Below, one piece after another: positions 47,785-56,812 of a stretch of 64,000 bases of DNA (positions are counted from its first letter, which is position 1; the number at the start of each line of letters is the position of its first letter). The notes under the pieces were generated by a model. The model did no database searches, was not told where the DNA came from, and worked only from the letters and a program-made list of their open reading frames with translations. Both the position numbers and the translations under genes were made by a program. This DNA comes from an uncultured Bacilli bacterium (GTDB lineage Bacteria > Bacillota_I > Bacilli_A > RFN20 > CAG-826): the NCBI GenBank assembly GCA_944368975.1, contig CALVXI010000001.1, forward strand, positions 117,365 to 181,364. The letters are read 5' to 3'.

Positions 47785-48700
47785 TAAAAGTATCGATTGC
47801 ATCGTTACATTTTTTAGATATATCTAAAAATGGTTGAGTAACGTTATATACATGTCCACAACTAGGATCATCTTCTAAATATGTTTCATAATTAAATTCA
47901 TGTGCCTTAAATAATGCAATTAAATCATAATATTGATATCCACAAACTGTGTCATTTGTACTAGAAATTACGTAATAATTTATGTCTTTTGGTAAATAAT
48001 TTATAAAGTTACGAACATCAGCATAAATGTAACGTGCTTCATGTTTGTAAAATTTACCATACATGAATAAATTAAAATAACATTCAATAAATTTATTAAT
48101 TAATTTCTTATCTTTTAATAAATTAACGGTATGAATAAAAGGGGCAGGATGATTTAAGATAACATTTTGAAATTTAATATTTGCTTTATTTATTTTATAA
48201 GTTGATTCTAAGAAAGTTGAGTTATATATGGCACTAATTAATAATGCTAAATGTCCACCAGCGCTATCACCCATTAAACTAACTTTATTTAAATCAATAT
48301 TAAAATTTGAAGCATTTTTAACAATATAGGTTATTGCTTCATTTATATCAAAAAGCATGTCAGTAATTGTGAAATCATCTAAGATTAAGCGATAAGACAT
48401 CGTCATTACAATATAACCTTTACTAGCAAATTCCATTGCGAGTAATCCATTTAAATCTTTATCGCCATAAATCCATCCTCCACCATGGATATCAATAATT
48501 AATGGATAAGACTTAGATTTATCTAGATCTTTACTTGTGTATATGTTTAATTTATGCATTGGGTGATTATCATCGAAATATTGAAATTCACTTACATCAA
48601 TAGTGGTATTATCTTTTTGTTTTTCAATATTTTTTAGATCGTTTTGATACATTCCATCACGAACTTTAATAAATTGTTTTTTCATTAATTTTTTAAACAT
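47768..48700 (-). CDS. Alpha/beta-hydrolase esterase/lipase (hormone-sensitive-lipase-like family)
   Basis: Oxyanion-hole motif IHGGGWIYGD and nucleophile elbow GDSAGGHL. Confidence 0.8.
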   Translation of the reverse strand: MFKKLMKKQFIKVRDGMYQNDLKNIEKQKDNTTIDVSEFQYFDDNHPMHKLNIYTSKDLDKSKSYPLIIDIHGGGWIYGDKDLNGLLAMEFASKGYIVMTMSYRLILDDFTITDMLFDINEAITYIVKNASNFNIDLNKVSLMGDSAGGHLALLISAIYNSTFLESTYKINKANIKFQNVILNHPAPFIHTVNLLKDKKLINKFIECYFNLFMYGKFYKHEARYIYADVRNFINYLPKDINYYVISSTNDTVCGYQYYDLIALFKAHEFNYETYLEDDPSCGHVYNVTQPFLDISKKCNDAIDTFIKNHI

Positions 48701-48703
48701 AAT

Positions 48704-49279
48704 TTACTCCATAATGTCCATTTTAAATAATTTATAATTTTTTATTGATTTAACACGATAAGAATTAACTCCAAAAGCTAGTAAATCGCAGGTTTCCCAA
48801 ATGAAAACCCAAGCAAATATATCAATTATTTCTTGAAGTATTTCATTAAGATTATAATGTACAAAAATTGTGTAAATTCCAAACATTACTAAACCAGCAA
48901 TAAAACTAATTAAAGCAATTATTCTAGTTCTAACTATATCTTTATGATTATTTTTATATTCTAAGGCATAATGAGTTTTAATTAAGTTAATCACTTTTTC
49001 TTTTTCAAATGTAGAAGTAGTATCTTTAAATATTACTTTAAGCTTCATATTTTTCTTTTTATCAATTAAACCAAATGAATTATCAAGATAATCAAAGATT
49101 TCTTGCTTTAATAAAGATTGATTAGAAAAATCTTTATAATATTCTTCATCTTCTAAATGAAGTACGATAGTTGCTTCATTTAGATTATTATTACTTACTA
49201 AATCATCTTTTAAATATTTTTGATATGTGGAAGCTATTTGATTATCAATTTCATTTTTAACTTTTTTAAATTTATTCAT
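48704..49279 (-). CDS. Hypothetical membrane protein
   Basis: 191 aa with a soluble N-terminal half and two C-terminal TM helices. The stop lies 3 nt before the esterase start codon. Confidence 0.45.
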   Translation of the reverse strand: MNKFKKVKNEIDNQIASTYQKYLKDDLVSNNNLNEATIVLHLEDEEYYKDFSNQSLLKQEIFDYLDNSFGLIDKKKNMKLKVIFKDTTSTFEKEKVINLIKTHYALEYKNNHKDIVRTRIIALISFIAGLVMFGIYTIFVHYNLNEILQEIIDIFAWVFIWETCDLLAFGVNSYRVKSIKNYKLFKMDIME

Positions 49280-49350
49280 AGCATAATCATTATAATTAAA
49301 ATTCGAAAAAAATAAATGTAGAATATTCTTAATAAATAGGAGAATTCGTT

Positions 49351-49896
49351 ATGAAAAGTTTATTAATTAGTGATATTCATGGTTCTAGTTTATATTTAAA
49401 AAAAGTATTAGATGAAGTTAAAGATTTTGATAATTTAATAATTTTAGGGGATGTACTTTATCATGGACCACGAAATGACTTACCATTAGGATATAATCCT
49501 AAAGAAGTTGTTAAAGTACTTAATTCATTAAAAGAAAAAATTATATGCGTTAAAGGTAATTGTGAAGCTTATGTTGATGAAATGGTTTTAGATTTTCCTA
49601 TTGTTGAAAGTGCATATTTTAATAATGGATATTTAAATTTATTTTTAACTCATGGACACCTAATTAATCCTGAAAATCCTATTAAATTGCCTTTAGGAAC
49701 AATTTGTCTTTATGGACATACTCATATTCATAAAATAAGCGAAGTTAATGGTAATACATATCTTAATCCTGGAAGTATATCTTTAGCTAAAGGCGATAAG
49801 ATAAATAGCTATGGAATCATTATCAATAATCAAATTTCAATATATACTTATGAACATAAAGAACTTATGAGATTTATTCAAAAAATAGAAAAATAA
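49351..49896 (+). CDS. yfcE: Metallophosphoesterase, YfcE/MJ0936 family phosphodiesterase
   Basis: Metal-ligand motifs SDIHGS, GDVLYHGPRN, GNCE, THGH and GHTH in the canonical order. Confidence 0.8.
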   Translation: MKSLLISDIHGSSLYLKKVLDEVKDFDNLIILGDVLYHGPRNDLPLGYNPKEVVKVLNSLKEKIICVKGNCEAYVDEMVLDFPIVESAYFNNGYLNLFLTHGHLINPENPIKLPLGTICLYGHTHIHKISEVNGNTYLNPGSISLAKGDKINSYGIIINNQISIYTYEHKELMRFIQKIEK

Positions 49897-49926
49897 TAAA
49901 GTTTTAGAAGGTTTTTAATAGAAAAT

Positions 49927-50325
49927 ATGGAAAAATATTCAACAGTTATCTTATCAAATATGTGTATGGTTTATGATAAAGATAGGATATTAGTTATAAA
50001 TAGAACTAAAAGTGATTGGCCTGGAATAAGTTTTCCAGGAGGTCATGTCGAGGAAAATGAAACACTTACTGAAGCAGTAATTAGAGAAATTAAAGAAGAA
50101 ACTGGTTTAGAAATTAGTGATCCTATTTTATGTAATATAAAAGAATGGCGATTTGAAGATAATGTGCGTTATATTGGCTTACTTTATAAAACTAATAAAT
50201 ATAAAGGAAAAATAACTTCTAGTGATGAAGGTGAAGTTTTTTGGATTAATAAAAAAGATTTATTTAATTATCCCTTATCAATGGATTTTGAAGAACTTTA
50301 TAATTTAATAAATGAAAGCAAATAA
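49927..50325 (+). CDS. NUDIX hydrolase
   Basis: Nudix box GGHVEENETLTEAVIREIKEETGL (Gx5Ex7REUxEExGU). Confidence 0.85.
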   Translation: MEKYSTVILSNMCMVYDKDRILVINRTKSDWPGISFPGGHVEENETLTEAVIREIKEETGLEISDPILCNIKEWRFEDNVRYIGLLYKTNKYKGKITSSDEGEVFWINKKDLFNYPLSMDFEELYNLINESK

Positions 50326-50385
50326 CTTTAATTTTTATTTATAAAAGATACAATATTAGTAGTTAAATTAACGGAGGAAAAAACT

Positions 50386-50871
50386 ATGAATCAAAAACTT
50401 ATTAGTTTACTTGAAGATCAAGTAAATAAAGAAATGTATAGTGCTTATTTATATTTAGGCATTAGTGATTATTATGCAAAAGAAGGCTTTATGGGCTTTA
50501 GTTCATATTTTAAAAAACAAGCAATGGAAGAATTTGAACATGCTACAAAATTTATTGAACATTTAAATGATTTAGATTTAGATTACTCATTTAAAGCAAT
50601 TGAAAAAGTTGAAAATCATTTTGACTCTTTAAAAGAACCATTAACTCTTCAATTAGCACATGAAAAATATGTTACTAGCTTAATTCTTAAATTATACGAA
50701 ACAAGTAGAGATTTTGAAGAAATTGCTACTAAACTTTTCCTTGAAGAATTTGTAAAAGAACAAGTTGAAGAAGAAAAAAGAAGTAGAGATTTATTAAAAC
50801 AATTTGAATTTGTTAGTGATGATAAAACTGCTTTACTTAAACTTGATAAACAATTAGCTAAAAGAGATTAA
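50386..50871 (+). CDS. ftnA: Non-haem ferritin
   Basis: 161 aa. Ferroxidase-centre pattern NKEMYSAYLYL ... EEFEHATKFIEHL ... QLAHEKYV. GGAGG RBS. Confidence 0.85.
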   Translation: MNQKLISLLEDQVNKEMYSAYLYLGISDYYAKEGFMGFSSYFKKQAMEEFEHATKFIEHLNDLDLDYSFKAIEKVENHFDSLKEPLTLQLAHEKYVTSLILKLYETSRDFEEIATKLFLEEFVKEQVEEEKRSRDLLKQFEFVSDDKTALLKLDKQLAKRD

Positions 50872-51767
50872 TGACAATTAGAGATCTTATAATTATTGGT
50901 GCTGGTCCAGGTGGTGTAACTAGTGCCATATATGCTAAACGTGCTGGTTTAGATGTTTTAGTTTTTGAAAAATATGTAATTGGCGGACAAGTTGTTAATG
51001 CTTTTGAAATCGAAAACTATCCTGGATTTAGTAAAATTAATGGATTTGATTTAGCTTTACTTTTTCAAAACCAACTTAAAGACAATGATATAAAAGTAAT
51101 AAATGAAGAAGTAATTAAAATTGAACCTAATGATAATTACTTTAAAATTATTACGAATAATAATGAATATTTTTCAAAGAAAGTAATACTAGCTTTAGGA
51201 AGTAAACATAAAACTTTAACTCTTTCTAATTTAGAAAAATATGAGGGACACGGTATAAGTTACTGTGCAACTTGTGATGGAGCATTTTATAAAGACAAAA
51301 ATGTTGCTATTGTTGGCGCTGGAAATAGTGCAATTAGTGAAGCTATATATTTGGCTAAAATTGCTAAATCTCTAAATTTAATCGTTCGTAGTAAAATTAA
51401 AGCTGAACAAAGCTTAGTTAAGGAATTATTGTCATTTAAAAATGTAAATATTTTTGAAGGATATGAAATAACTAAACTAGATGGAGATATTAATTTAAGT
51501 AATATCACAATTACTAATAAAGTTACAAAAGATGAAAAAATACTTGAGATTGAAGGGGTTTTTGTTTATATTGGCTTAATTCCATCAACAAAATTCTTAT
51601 TAGATTTAGGTATTACTGATGAAAATGGATATATAATTACCGATAATCATTTTGAAACAAAAATTAAAGGTCTTTATGCAATTGGTGATTGCATAAAGAA
51701 AGATTTACGTCAAATTGTTAATTCTACAAGTGATGGCGCAATGGTAATTCATTATCTTAAAGACTAG
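50871..51767 (+). CDS. trxB: Thioredoxin-disulfide reductase
   Basis: FAD motif IIGAGPGG, redox-active CATCDG and second dinucleotide fold VGAGNSA. The start overlaps the ferritin stop (TAATG). Confidence 0.9.
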   Translation: MTIRDLIIIGAGPGGVTSAIYAKRAGLDVLVFEKYVIGGQVVNAFEIENYPGFSKINGFDLALLFQNQLKDNDIKVINEEVIKIEPNDNYFKIITNNNEYFSKKVILALGSKHKTLTLSNLEKYEGHGISYCATCDGAFYKDKNVAIVGAGNSAISEAIYLAKIAKSLNLIVRSKIKAEQSLVKELLSFKNVNIFEGYEITKLDGDINLSNITITNKVTKDEKILEIEGVFVYIGLIPSTKFLLDLGITDENGYIITDNHFETKIKGLYAIGDCIKKDLRQIVNSTSDGAMVIHYLKD

Positions 51768-51790
51768 TAAAATAAAAAGTTAATCACAAT

Positions 51791-51819
51791 AAACTATCGA
51801 TGTTTTCGATAGTTTTTTT
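51791..51819 (+). terminator. Intrinsic terminator after trxB
   Basis: aaactatcga-tgttt-tcgatagttt followed by tttt. Confidence 0.7.
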
Positions 51820-51820
51820 G

Positions 51821-51834
51821 TGTAAGCGCTTACA
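51821..51834. promoter_or_regulatory. Perfectly palindromic cre site upstream of the hydrogenase operon
   Basis: TGTAAGCGCTTACA matches TGWAANCGNTNWCA at all fixed positions and is its own reverse complement. Confidence 0.65.
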
Positions 51835-51842
51835 ATATTTTA

Positions 51843-51871
51843 TTGTAAATGTTTTAAGTCTACTTTAAAAT
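51843..51871 (+). promoter_or_regulatory. Putative promoter of the hydrogenase operon
   Basis: TTGTAA (51843-51848), 17-nt spacer, TAAAAT (51866-51871). The AGGAG RBS and ATG 51897 follow. Confidence 0.45.
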
Positions 51872-51896
51872 TAAATACGTTGTAGGAGAAAAAAGT

Positions 51897-52379
51897 ATGC
51901 ACTTAAGAAAAGAAGCAATCGATATGATTAAAGCTATTTGTGCTCGCTATAAGGATGAACCAAGTCCTTTGATGTTAATTCTTAGCGACACGCAAAAAGA
52001 ATATGGTTATATCCCTCTTGAAGTACAAGAAATTATAAGTGAAGAAACAAATATTCCAGTTAGTGAAATTTATGGGGTTGTAACTTTTTATTCTTTTTTT
52101 AGTTTAACACCTAAAGGAAGATATGTAATTGGAGTTTGTATTGGAACTGCATGTTATGTTAAAGGTGGACAAAATGTTTTAGATAAGTTTGGTGAATTAC
52201 TTCATATTAAACCTGGACAAACTACTGAAGATGGCTTATTTACTTTAGATGGTCTTAGATGTATTGGAGCTTGTGGTATTGCTCCAGCCATTTCAATAAA
52301 TGGTAAAGTTTATCCTAAAGTTAAATTAGCAGATATTCCAAACATTATTAATGAATATCGTAATAAGGAGATGGATTAG
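51897..52379 (+). CDS. hydC: [FeFe]-hydrogenase gamma subunit, NuoE-like [2Fe-2S] protein
   Basis: 160 aa thioredoxin-like fold with cluster cysteines in GVCIGTACYVKG and LRCIGACGIAP, as in NuoE/HydC. Confidence 0.85.
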   Translation: MHLRKEAIDMIKAICARYKDEPSPLMLILSDTQKEYGYIPLEVQEIISEETNIPVSEIYGVVTFYSFFSLTPKGRYVIGVCIGTACYVKGGQNVLDKFGELLHIKPGQTTEDGLFTLDGLRCIGACGIAPAISINGKVYPKVKLADIPNIINEYRNKEMD

Positions 52380-52380
52380 T

Positions 52381-54258
52381 ATGAAAGAAAAAAGTATTAA
52401 GACATTAAAAGAACTCGAAAAGAAAATTCAAACTTGTGAAGAATGTATCACTAAAAAATTTAATGGAGAAGACGGGAAAAGACATATCGTTGTTTGTGGA
52501 GGAACAGGATGTTTAAGTAGTGATTCTCAACAAATTATCGATAACTTTAATAAAATAATTAAAGAGAAGAAACTTCAAGACAAAGTAACATGTAATGTTG
52601 TTGGATGCTTTGGTTTTTGTTCTCAAGGTCCATTCGTAAAAATTTATCCTGAAGATACTTTATATCATGCTGTTAAACCTAGTGATTGCGAAAGAATTAT
52701 TAATGAAGATATAATTGGTGGCAAAATTATTGAAGATCTTCTTTACGAAGATCCAAATACTCATCAAAAAGTTACTAGACAAGATGATATTAATTTCTAT
52801 AAAAAACAATTAAGAATTGTTCTTCATGGATGTGGTCAAATTGATCCTGAAGTTTTAGATGAAGCTTTAGGTTTTGATGCTTTTAAAGGTTTAATCAAAG
52901 CTTTAAGCATGAAACCTCAAGAAGTTATTGATGAAGTTCTTGCTAGTGGTCTTAGAGGAAGAGGAGGAGCTGGCTTCCCTACTGGAAGAAAATGGCAATT
53001 TGCTCATGATCAAGTAAGTGATACAAAATATGTTGTCTGTAATGGTGATGAAGGTGATCCAGGTGCATTTATGGATCGTAGTATCTTAGAAGGAAATCCA
53101 GTTGCTGTTATTGAAGGTATGATGATTGCCGGGTATGCTATTGGTGCTAATAATGGATATTTCTATGTCCGTGCTGAATATCCAATTGCTGTAAATAGAT
53201 TAAGAAAAGCTATTGAAGAATTAGAAAAAGTTGGTTTACTTGGCGATAATATTTTAGGAAGTGGCTTTAGCTTTAAAGTTCATATCCGTTTAGGAGCAGG
53301 AGCTTTCGTTTGTGGAGAAGAAACTGCCTTACTTAATTCGATTGAAGGCAAAAGAGGTATGCCTAGACCTCGTCCACCATTCCCAGCTGTAAAAGGTTTA
53401 TGGGGAAAACCTACAATTATTAATAATGTTGAAACGTTAGCAAATGTTCCTTATATTCTTAGAAAAGGAGCAAAAGAATTTGCTAAAGTCGGAACAGAAA
53501 GATCAAAAGGTACTAAAGTTTTTGCTTTAGGTGGTAAAGTTAAAAATGTTGGTTTAGTCGAAGTTCCTATGGGAACAACTTTAAGAGAACTTGTTTATGA
53601 TATTGGTGGTGGAATACCTAATAATAAACGCTTCCAAGCAATACAAACAGGTGGACCAAGTGGTGGATGTTTAACTTTAAATGAACTTGATACACCAATT
53701 GATTTTGATAACTTAATTGAAAAAGGTAGTATGATGGGTAGTGGCGGTGCCATCGTTATGGATGAAGATAATTGTATGGTTGATGTTGCTAAATTCTATC
53801 TTGAATTTATTTGTGATGAAAGTTGTGGAAAATGTAGTCAATGTCGTATAGGAACAAAGAGATTACTTGAAATTTTAACTAAAGTTACTGATGGTCGTGC
53901 AACTATGGAAGACTTAGATAAACTAGAAACTTTAAGTGAATCAATTAGAGTTGGAAGTTTATGTGGTTTAGGACAAACTGCTCCAAATCCTGTTATATCA
54001 ACATTAACTAAATTTAAAGATGTTTATATTAGACATGTTCAAGATAAAAAATGTGATGCTGGGGTATGTAAAAGTTTAATTAGCTTCCATATTGATCCAG
54101 ATAAATGTAAAAAATGTAGTTTATGTGCAAGAAATTGTCCAGTAAATGCAATTAGTGGAGTCGTTGGAAAAGAAGTCTTTAAAATTGATAATGATAAATG
54201 TATTAAATGTGGTACTTGTATTAGTGCTTGTAAATTTAATGCAATTTATAAAAAGTGA
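52381..54258 (+). CDS. hydB: [FeFe]-hydrogenase beta subunit, NuoF-like NAD(P)H/FMN-binding iron-sulfur protein
   Basis: Start set at ATG 52381 (GGAG upstream), 1 nt after the hydC stop. N-terminal 2Fe-2S domain (VCGGTGC, GCFGFCSQGP). GLRGRGGAGFPTGRKW, SCGKCSQCRIG, and two C-terminal ferredoxin motifs CKKCSLCARNCP and CIKCGTCISAC. Confidence 0.9.
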   Translation: MKEKSIKTLKELEKKIQTCEECITKKFNGEDGKRHIVVCGGTGCLSSDSQQIIDNFNKIIKEKKLQDKVTCNVVGCFGFCSQGPFVKIYPEDTLYHAVKPSDCERIINEDIIGGKIIEDLLYEDPNTHQKVTRQDDINFYKKQLRIVLHGCGQIDPEVLDEALGFDAFKGLIKALSMKPQEVIDEVLASGLRGRGGAGFPTGRKWQFAHDQVSDTKYVVCNGDEGDPGAFMDRSILEGNPVAVIEGMMIAGYAIGANNGYFYVRAEYPIAVNRLRKAIEELEKVGLLGDNILGSGFSFKVHIRLGAGAFVCGEETALLNSIEGKRGMPRPRPPFPAVKGLWGKPTIINNVETLANVPYILRKGAKEFAKVGTERSKGTKVFALGGKVKNVGLVEVPMGTTLRELVYDIGGGIPNNKRFQAIQTGGPSGGCLTLNELDTPIDFDNLIEKGSMMGSGGAIVMDEDNCMVDVAKFYLEFICDESCGKCSQCRIGTKRLLEILTKVTDGRATMEDLDKLETLSESIRVGSLCGLGQTAPNPVISTLTKFKDVYIRHVQDKKCDAGVCKSLISFHIDPDKCKKCSLCARNCPVNAISGVVGKEVFKIDNDKCIKCGTCISACKFNAIYKK

Positions 54259-54267
54259 GGTTAACTT

Positions 54268-56055
54268 ATGGCAAAGATTCAAATATATATTGAAAATAAA
54301 CCTTATGTTGTTGAAGAAGGTTTAACAATCTTAGAAGCTTGTAAGATTTGTGGCTTTAATATTCCAAGCTTATGTACTTGGAAAGATGGCGAATGTAGTG
54401 TTGCTAGTTGTCGAGTTTGCCTTGTTCATGTTGATGGCGAAAGAAGACTTGTTCCAAGTTGTGCTTATCCAATTCGTGATGGTATAAGAATATCAATTAG
54501 TGATCCTAAAGCCGTTATTGCTAGAAGAACAAGTGTTGAACTTTTACTTAGTAATCATTACTATAACTGTCAAGCTTGTAGAAAAAACGGCCAATGTGAA
54601 TTACTTGAAGTTGCTAAAAGAGTTGGAGCTAGACCTGAAATGTATGTTGGAGAAAAAACTAAAACAACATATGATGATGTTGCTCCAAGTTTAGTTAGAG
54701 ATACTTCAAAATGTATTTTATGTGGTAGATGTATTGAAGCTTGTAAAAATACACAAGGAATAGGTATTTTAGGATTTGAAAATAGAGGTTTTAATACTAT
54801 TGTTGGACCTAGTGAAAATCGTTCATTTGCTAATGTTCCTTGTATTCAATGTGGTCAATGTACTTTAGTTTGCCCAACTGGAGCTTTAATGGAACATAAT
54901 GAAATAGATAAATTAGATAAAGCTTTCCAAGAAGGAAAATATGTAATTGTTCAAACAGCTCCAGCAGTTAGAGCTGCAATTGGTGAAGAATTTGGTGAAA
55001 AAATTGGTACAAGATGTACTGGTAAAATGGTCGCTGCTTTACATAGATTAGGTTTTTATCGTGTTTTTGATACAAATTTTGCCGCCGATTTAACTATAAC
55101 TGAAGAAGCTAGCGAATTTATTCAAAGAATTACCTCTCATAGACCAGGACCTATGATTACAAGTTGTTCACCAGGTTGGATTAATTATATTGAATATTAT
55201 TATCCTGAATTATTACCACATTTATCAAGTTGCAAATCACCTCATGAAATGATGGGAGCAATTATTAAATCATATTATGCTGAGAAACATAATTTAGATA
55301 GATCACAAATTTGTGTCGTTTCCATTATGCCTTGTACTGCTAAAAAATATGAGAAAGATCGTCCAGCTAATTCAGTTGATGGAATAAGTGATGTCGATGT
55401 TGTTTTAACAACTAGAGAACTTGCTCAACTTATTAAAAGAGCTGGTATTATGTGGAAGAAACTTCCTGATGAAGAATTTGATAATGATTTAATTGGTGAA
55501 TATAGTGGAGCTGGTGCCTTATTTGGCGTTACTGGAGGAGTTATGGAAGCAGCTATAAGAACTGCTTACCATATTTTAACTAATAATGAACTTGAACCTA
55601 TTGAGTTTACTCCTTGTAGAGGACTTGAAGGAATTAAAGAAGCTAGTTTAAAAATAAATGGTGTTCCATATAATTTTGCGATGTGTAGTGGTATGAAAAA
55701 TGCCAAAGTTATACTTGAACAAATTAAAAATGGAACTTGTAAGTATGACTTTGTTGAAGTTATGGGTTGCCCAGGAGGATGTATTAATGGTGGAGGTCAA
55801 CCATATGTAACTCCATTATTCCTTCCAAATGAAGATGACAATATTCAAGATACTTATATTCAAAAAAGAGCTAGTGTTCTTTATGAAGAAGATAGAGCTA
55901 AGAAAGTTAGAAGAAGTCATTTAAATCCAGATATTATCACCTTATATAAAGAATATTTAGGAGAATATGGTTCTCCTAAAGCTCATAAGTTATTACATAC
56001 AACTTATAATTATCATCGTGAGAAATATCCTGATATTAAAAAAGATGAGGAATAA
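54268..56055 (+). CDS. hydA: [FeFe]-hydrogenase catalytic subunit (multi-cluster, M3-like architecture)
   Basis: N-terminal 2Fe-2S (CTWKDGECSVASCRVC), His-ligated cluster (HYYNCQACRKNGQC) and 2x[4Fe-4S] (CILCGRCIEAC, CIQCGQCTLVCP). H-cluster motifs L2 MPCTAKKYE and L3 EVMGCPGGCINGGGQP. L1 reads TSCSPGW. Confidence 0.9.
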   Translation: MAKIQIYIENKPYVVEEGLTILEACKICGFNIPSLCTWKDGECSVASCRVCLVHVDGERRLVPSCAYPIRDGIRISISDPKAVIARRTSVELLLSNHYYNCQACRKNGQCELLEVAKRVGARPEMYVGEKTKTTYDDVAPSLVRDTSKCILCGRCIEACKNTQGIGILGFENRGFNTIVGPSENRSFANVPCIQCGQCTLVCPTGALMEHNEIDKLDKAFQEGKYVIVQTAPAVRAAIGEEFGEKIGTRCTGKMVAALHRLGFYRVFDTNFAADLTITEEASEFIQRITSHRPGPMITSCSPGWINYIEYYYPELLPHLSSCKSPHEMMGAIIKSYYAEKHNLDRSQICVVSIMPCTAKKYEKDRPANSVDGISDVDVVLTTRELAQLIKRAGIMWKKLPDEEFDNDLIGEYSGAGALFGVTGGVMEAAIRTAYHILTNNELEPIEFTPCRGLEGIKEASLKINGVPYNFAMCSGMKNAKVILEQIKNGTCKYDFVEVMGCPGGCINGGGQPYVTPLFLPNEDDNIQDTYIQKRASVLYEEDRAKKVRRSHLNPDIITLYKEYLGEYGSPKAHKLLHTTYNYHREKYPDIKKDEE

Positions 56056-56057
56056 TA

Positions 56058-56087
56058 AAATAGGAGCGAAAATTCGCTCCTATTTTT
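56058..56087 (+). terminator. Intrinsic terminator after hydA
   Basis: aaataggagcg-aaaatt-cgctcctattt followed by tt, beginning 3 nt after the stop. Confidence 0.75.
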
Positions 56088-56200
56088 AGTATTAACTTTA
56101 AATAAAAGTATATTGCAACGATAAATACTATTAATGCTACCTTAAGTTGCTTATAATTAATCCTAATTTTCTTAAAATATTTTTTTAGGAGGATATTGTT

Positions 56201-56695
56201 ATGACTTTAGGGGAAAAGATAAAAGAATTAAGAAAAAATAAAGGCTTATCTCAAGAGGATCTTGCTAATAAATTAAATATTTCTAGACAAGCAGTGTCTA
56301 AATATGAAAAAGACATTAATGAGCCTAATATCGATACAATTAAGAGAATTTCTAAATATTTTAATGTCGACTTAGAATATTTATTAAATGATGATTCGTC
56401 TTTAGATAGTAAAGATGAATCTAAAAATAATATTTCTAATAACGTAAATAATAAAAATATTTTTTTATATTATATTGTACTAATTATATCGATTTTAATT
56501 ATTATACTTTGCTTTATTTGGTCATTAATCGATTCACGTTCTAATCCTAATTTTGGTGAAGGATTTTATCTTTGGTATATACCTTTTTATTCAAGCGATA
56601 TAGAACTAATTATCTTCCAAGTACTTAATATTTTAGGAATTATTGGTATTGTAATATCAATAATTATGATAGTTAAAAAGAATAAGAATAAGTAA
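56201..56695 (+). CDS. Membrane-tethered XRE-family helix-turn-helix protein
   Basis: N-terminus LGEKIKELRKNKGLSQEDLANKLNISRQAVSKYEKD is a classic HTH_3. An S/N/D-rich linker follows, then about 3 TM helices (IFLYYIVLIISILIIILCFIW ...). AGGAGG RBS. Confidence 0.8.
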   Translation: MTLGEKIKELRKNKGLSQEDLANKLNISRQAVSKYEKDINEPNIDTIKRISKYFNVDLEYLLNDDSSLDSKDESKNNISNNVNNKNIFLYYIVLIISILIIILCFIWSLIDSRSNPNFGEGFYLWYIPFYSSDIELIIFQVLNILGIIGIVISIIMIVKKNKNK

Positions 56696-56812
56696 GTTAA
56701 GAAAAATCGAGATATTTTCCTAAAAAATATTTGAGTTTTAAAGACTTTTTATTAAATGAGTATAGCAGTAAAAAATAATTTGATATACAATTTAGTTATG
56801 ATTTTAATGGCT

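Noticed and set aside
51287-51508. 73-aa minus-strand ORF inside trxB
   Set aside because: It is antisense to a gene with canonical FAD and CATCDG motifs.
51835-51896. Rex (redox-sensing repressor) operator upstream of the hydrogenase operon
   Set aside because: No TTGTGAA/TTGTTAA-N-TTAACAA-type palindrome is present. The only convincing palindrome is the cre site.
54500-54694. 64-aa + strand alternative-frame ORF inside hydA
   Set aside because: It is out of frame within the iron-sulfur cluster domain of HydA.
2792-56812. Longer N-termini given by the ORF track for several genes (starts at 2792, 4867, 6941, 22880, 23289, 47137, 52351 and 56756)
   Set aside because: In each case an internal ATG lies just after the upstream stop and often behind an SD. 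It also yields a proper signal peptide or family-typical N-terminus (2831, 4885, 7055, 22868, 23322, 47182, 52381, 56813). The extended versions would overlap the upstream gene or a promoter/cre site.
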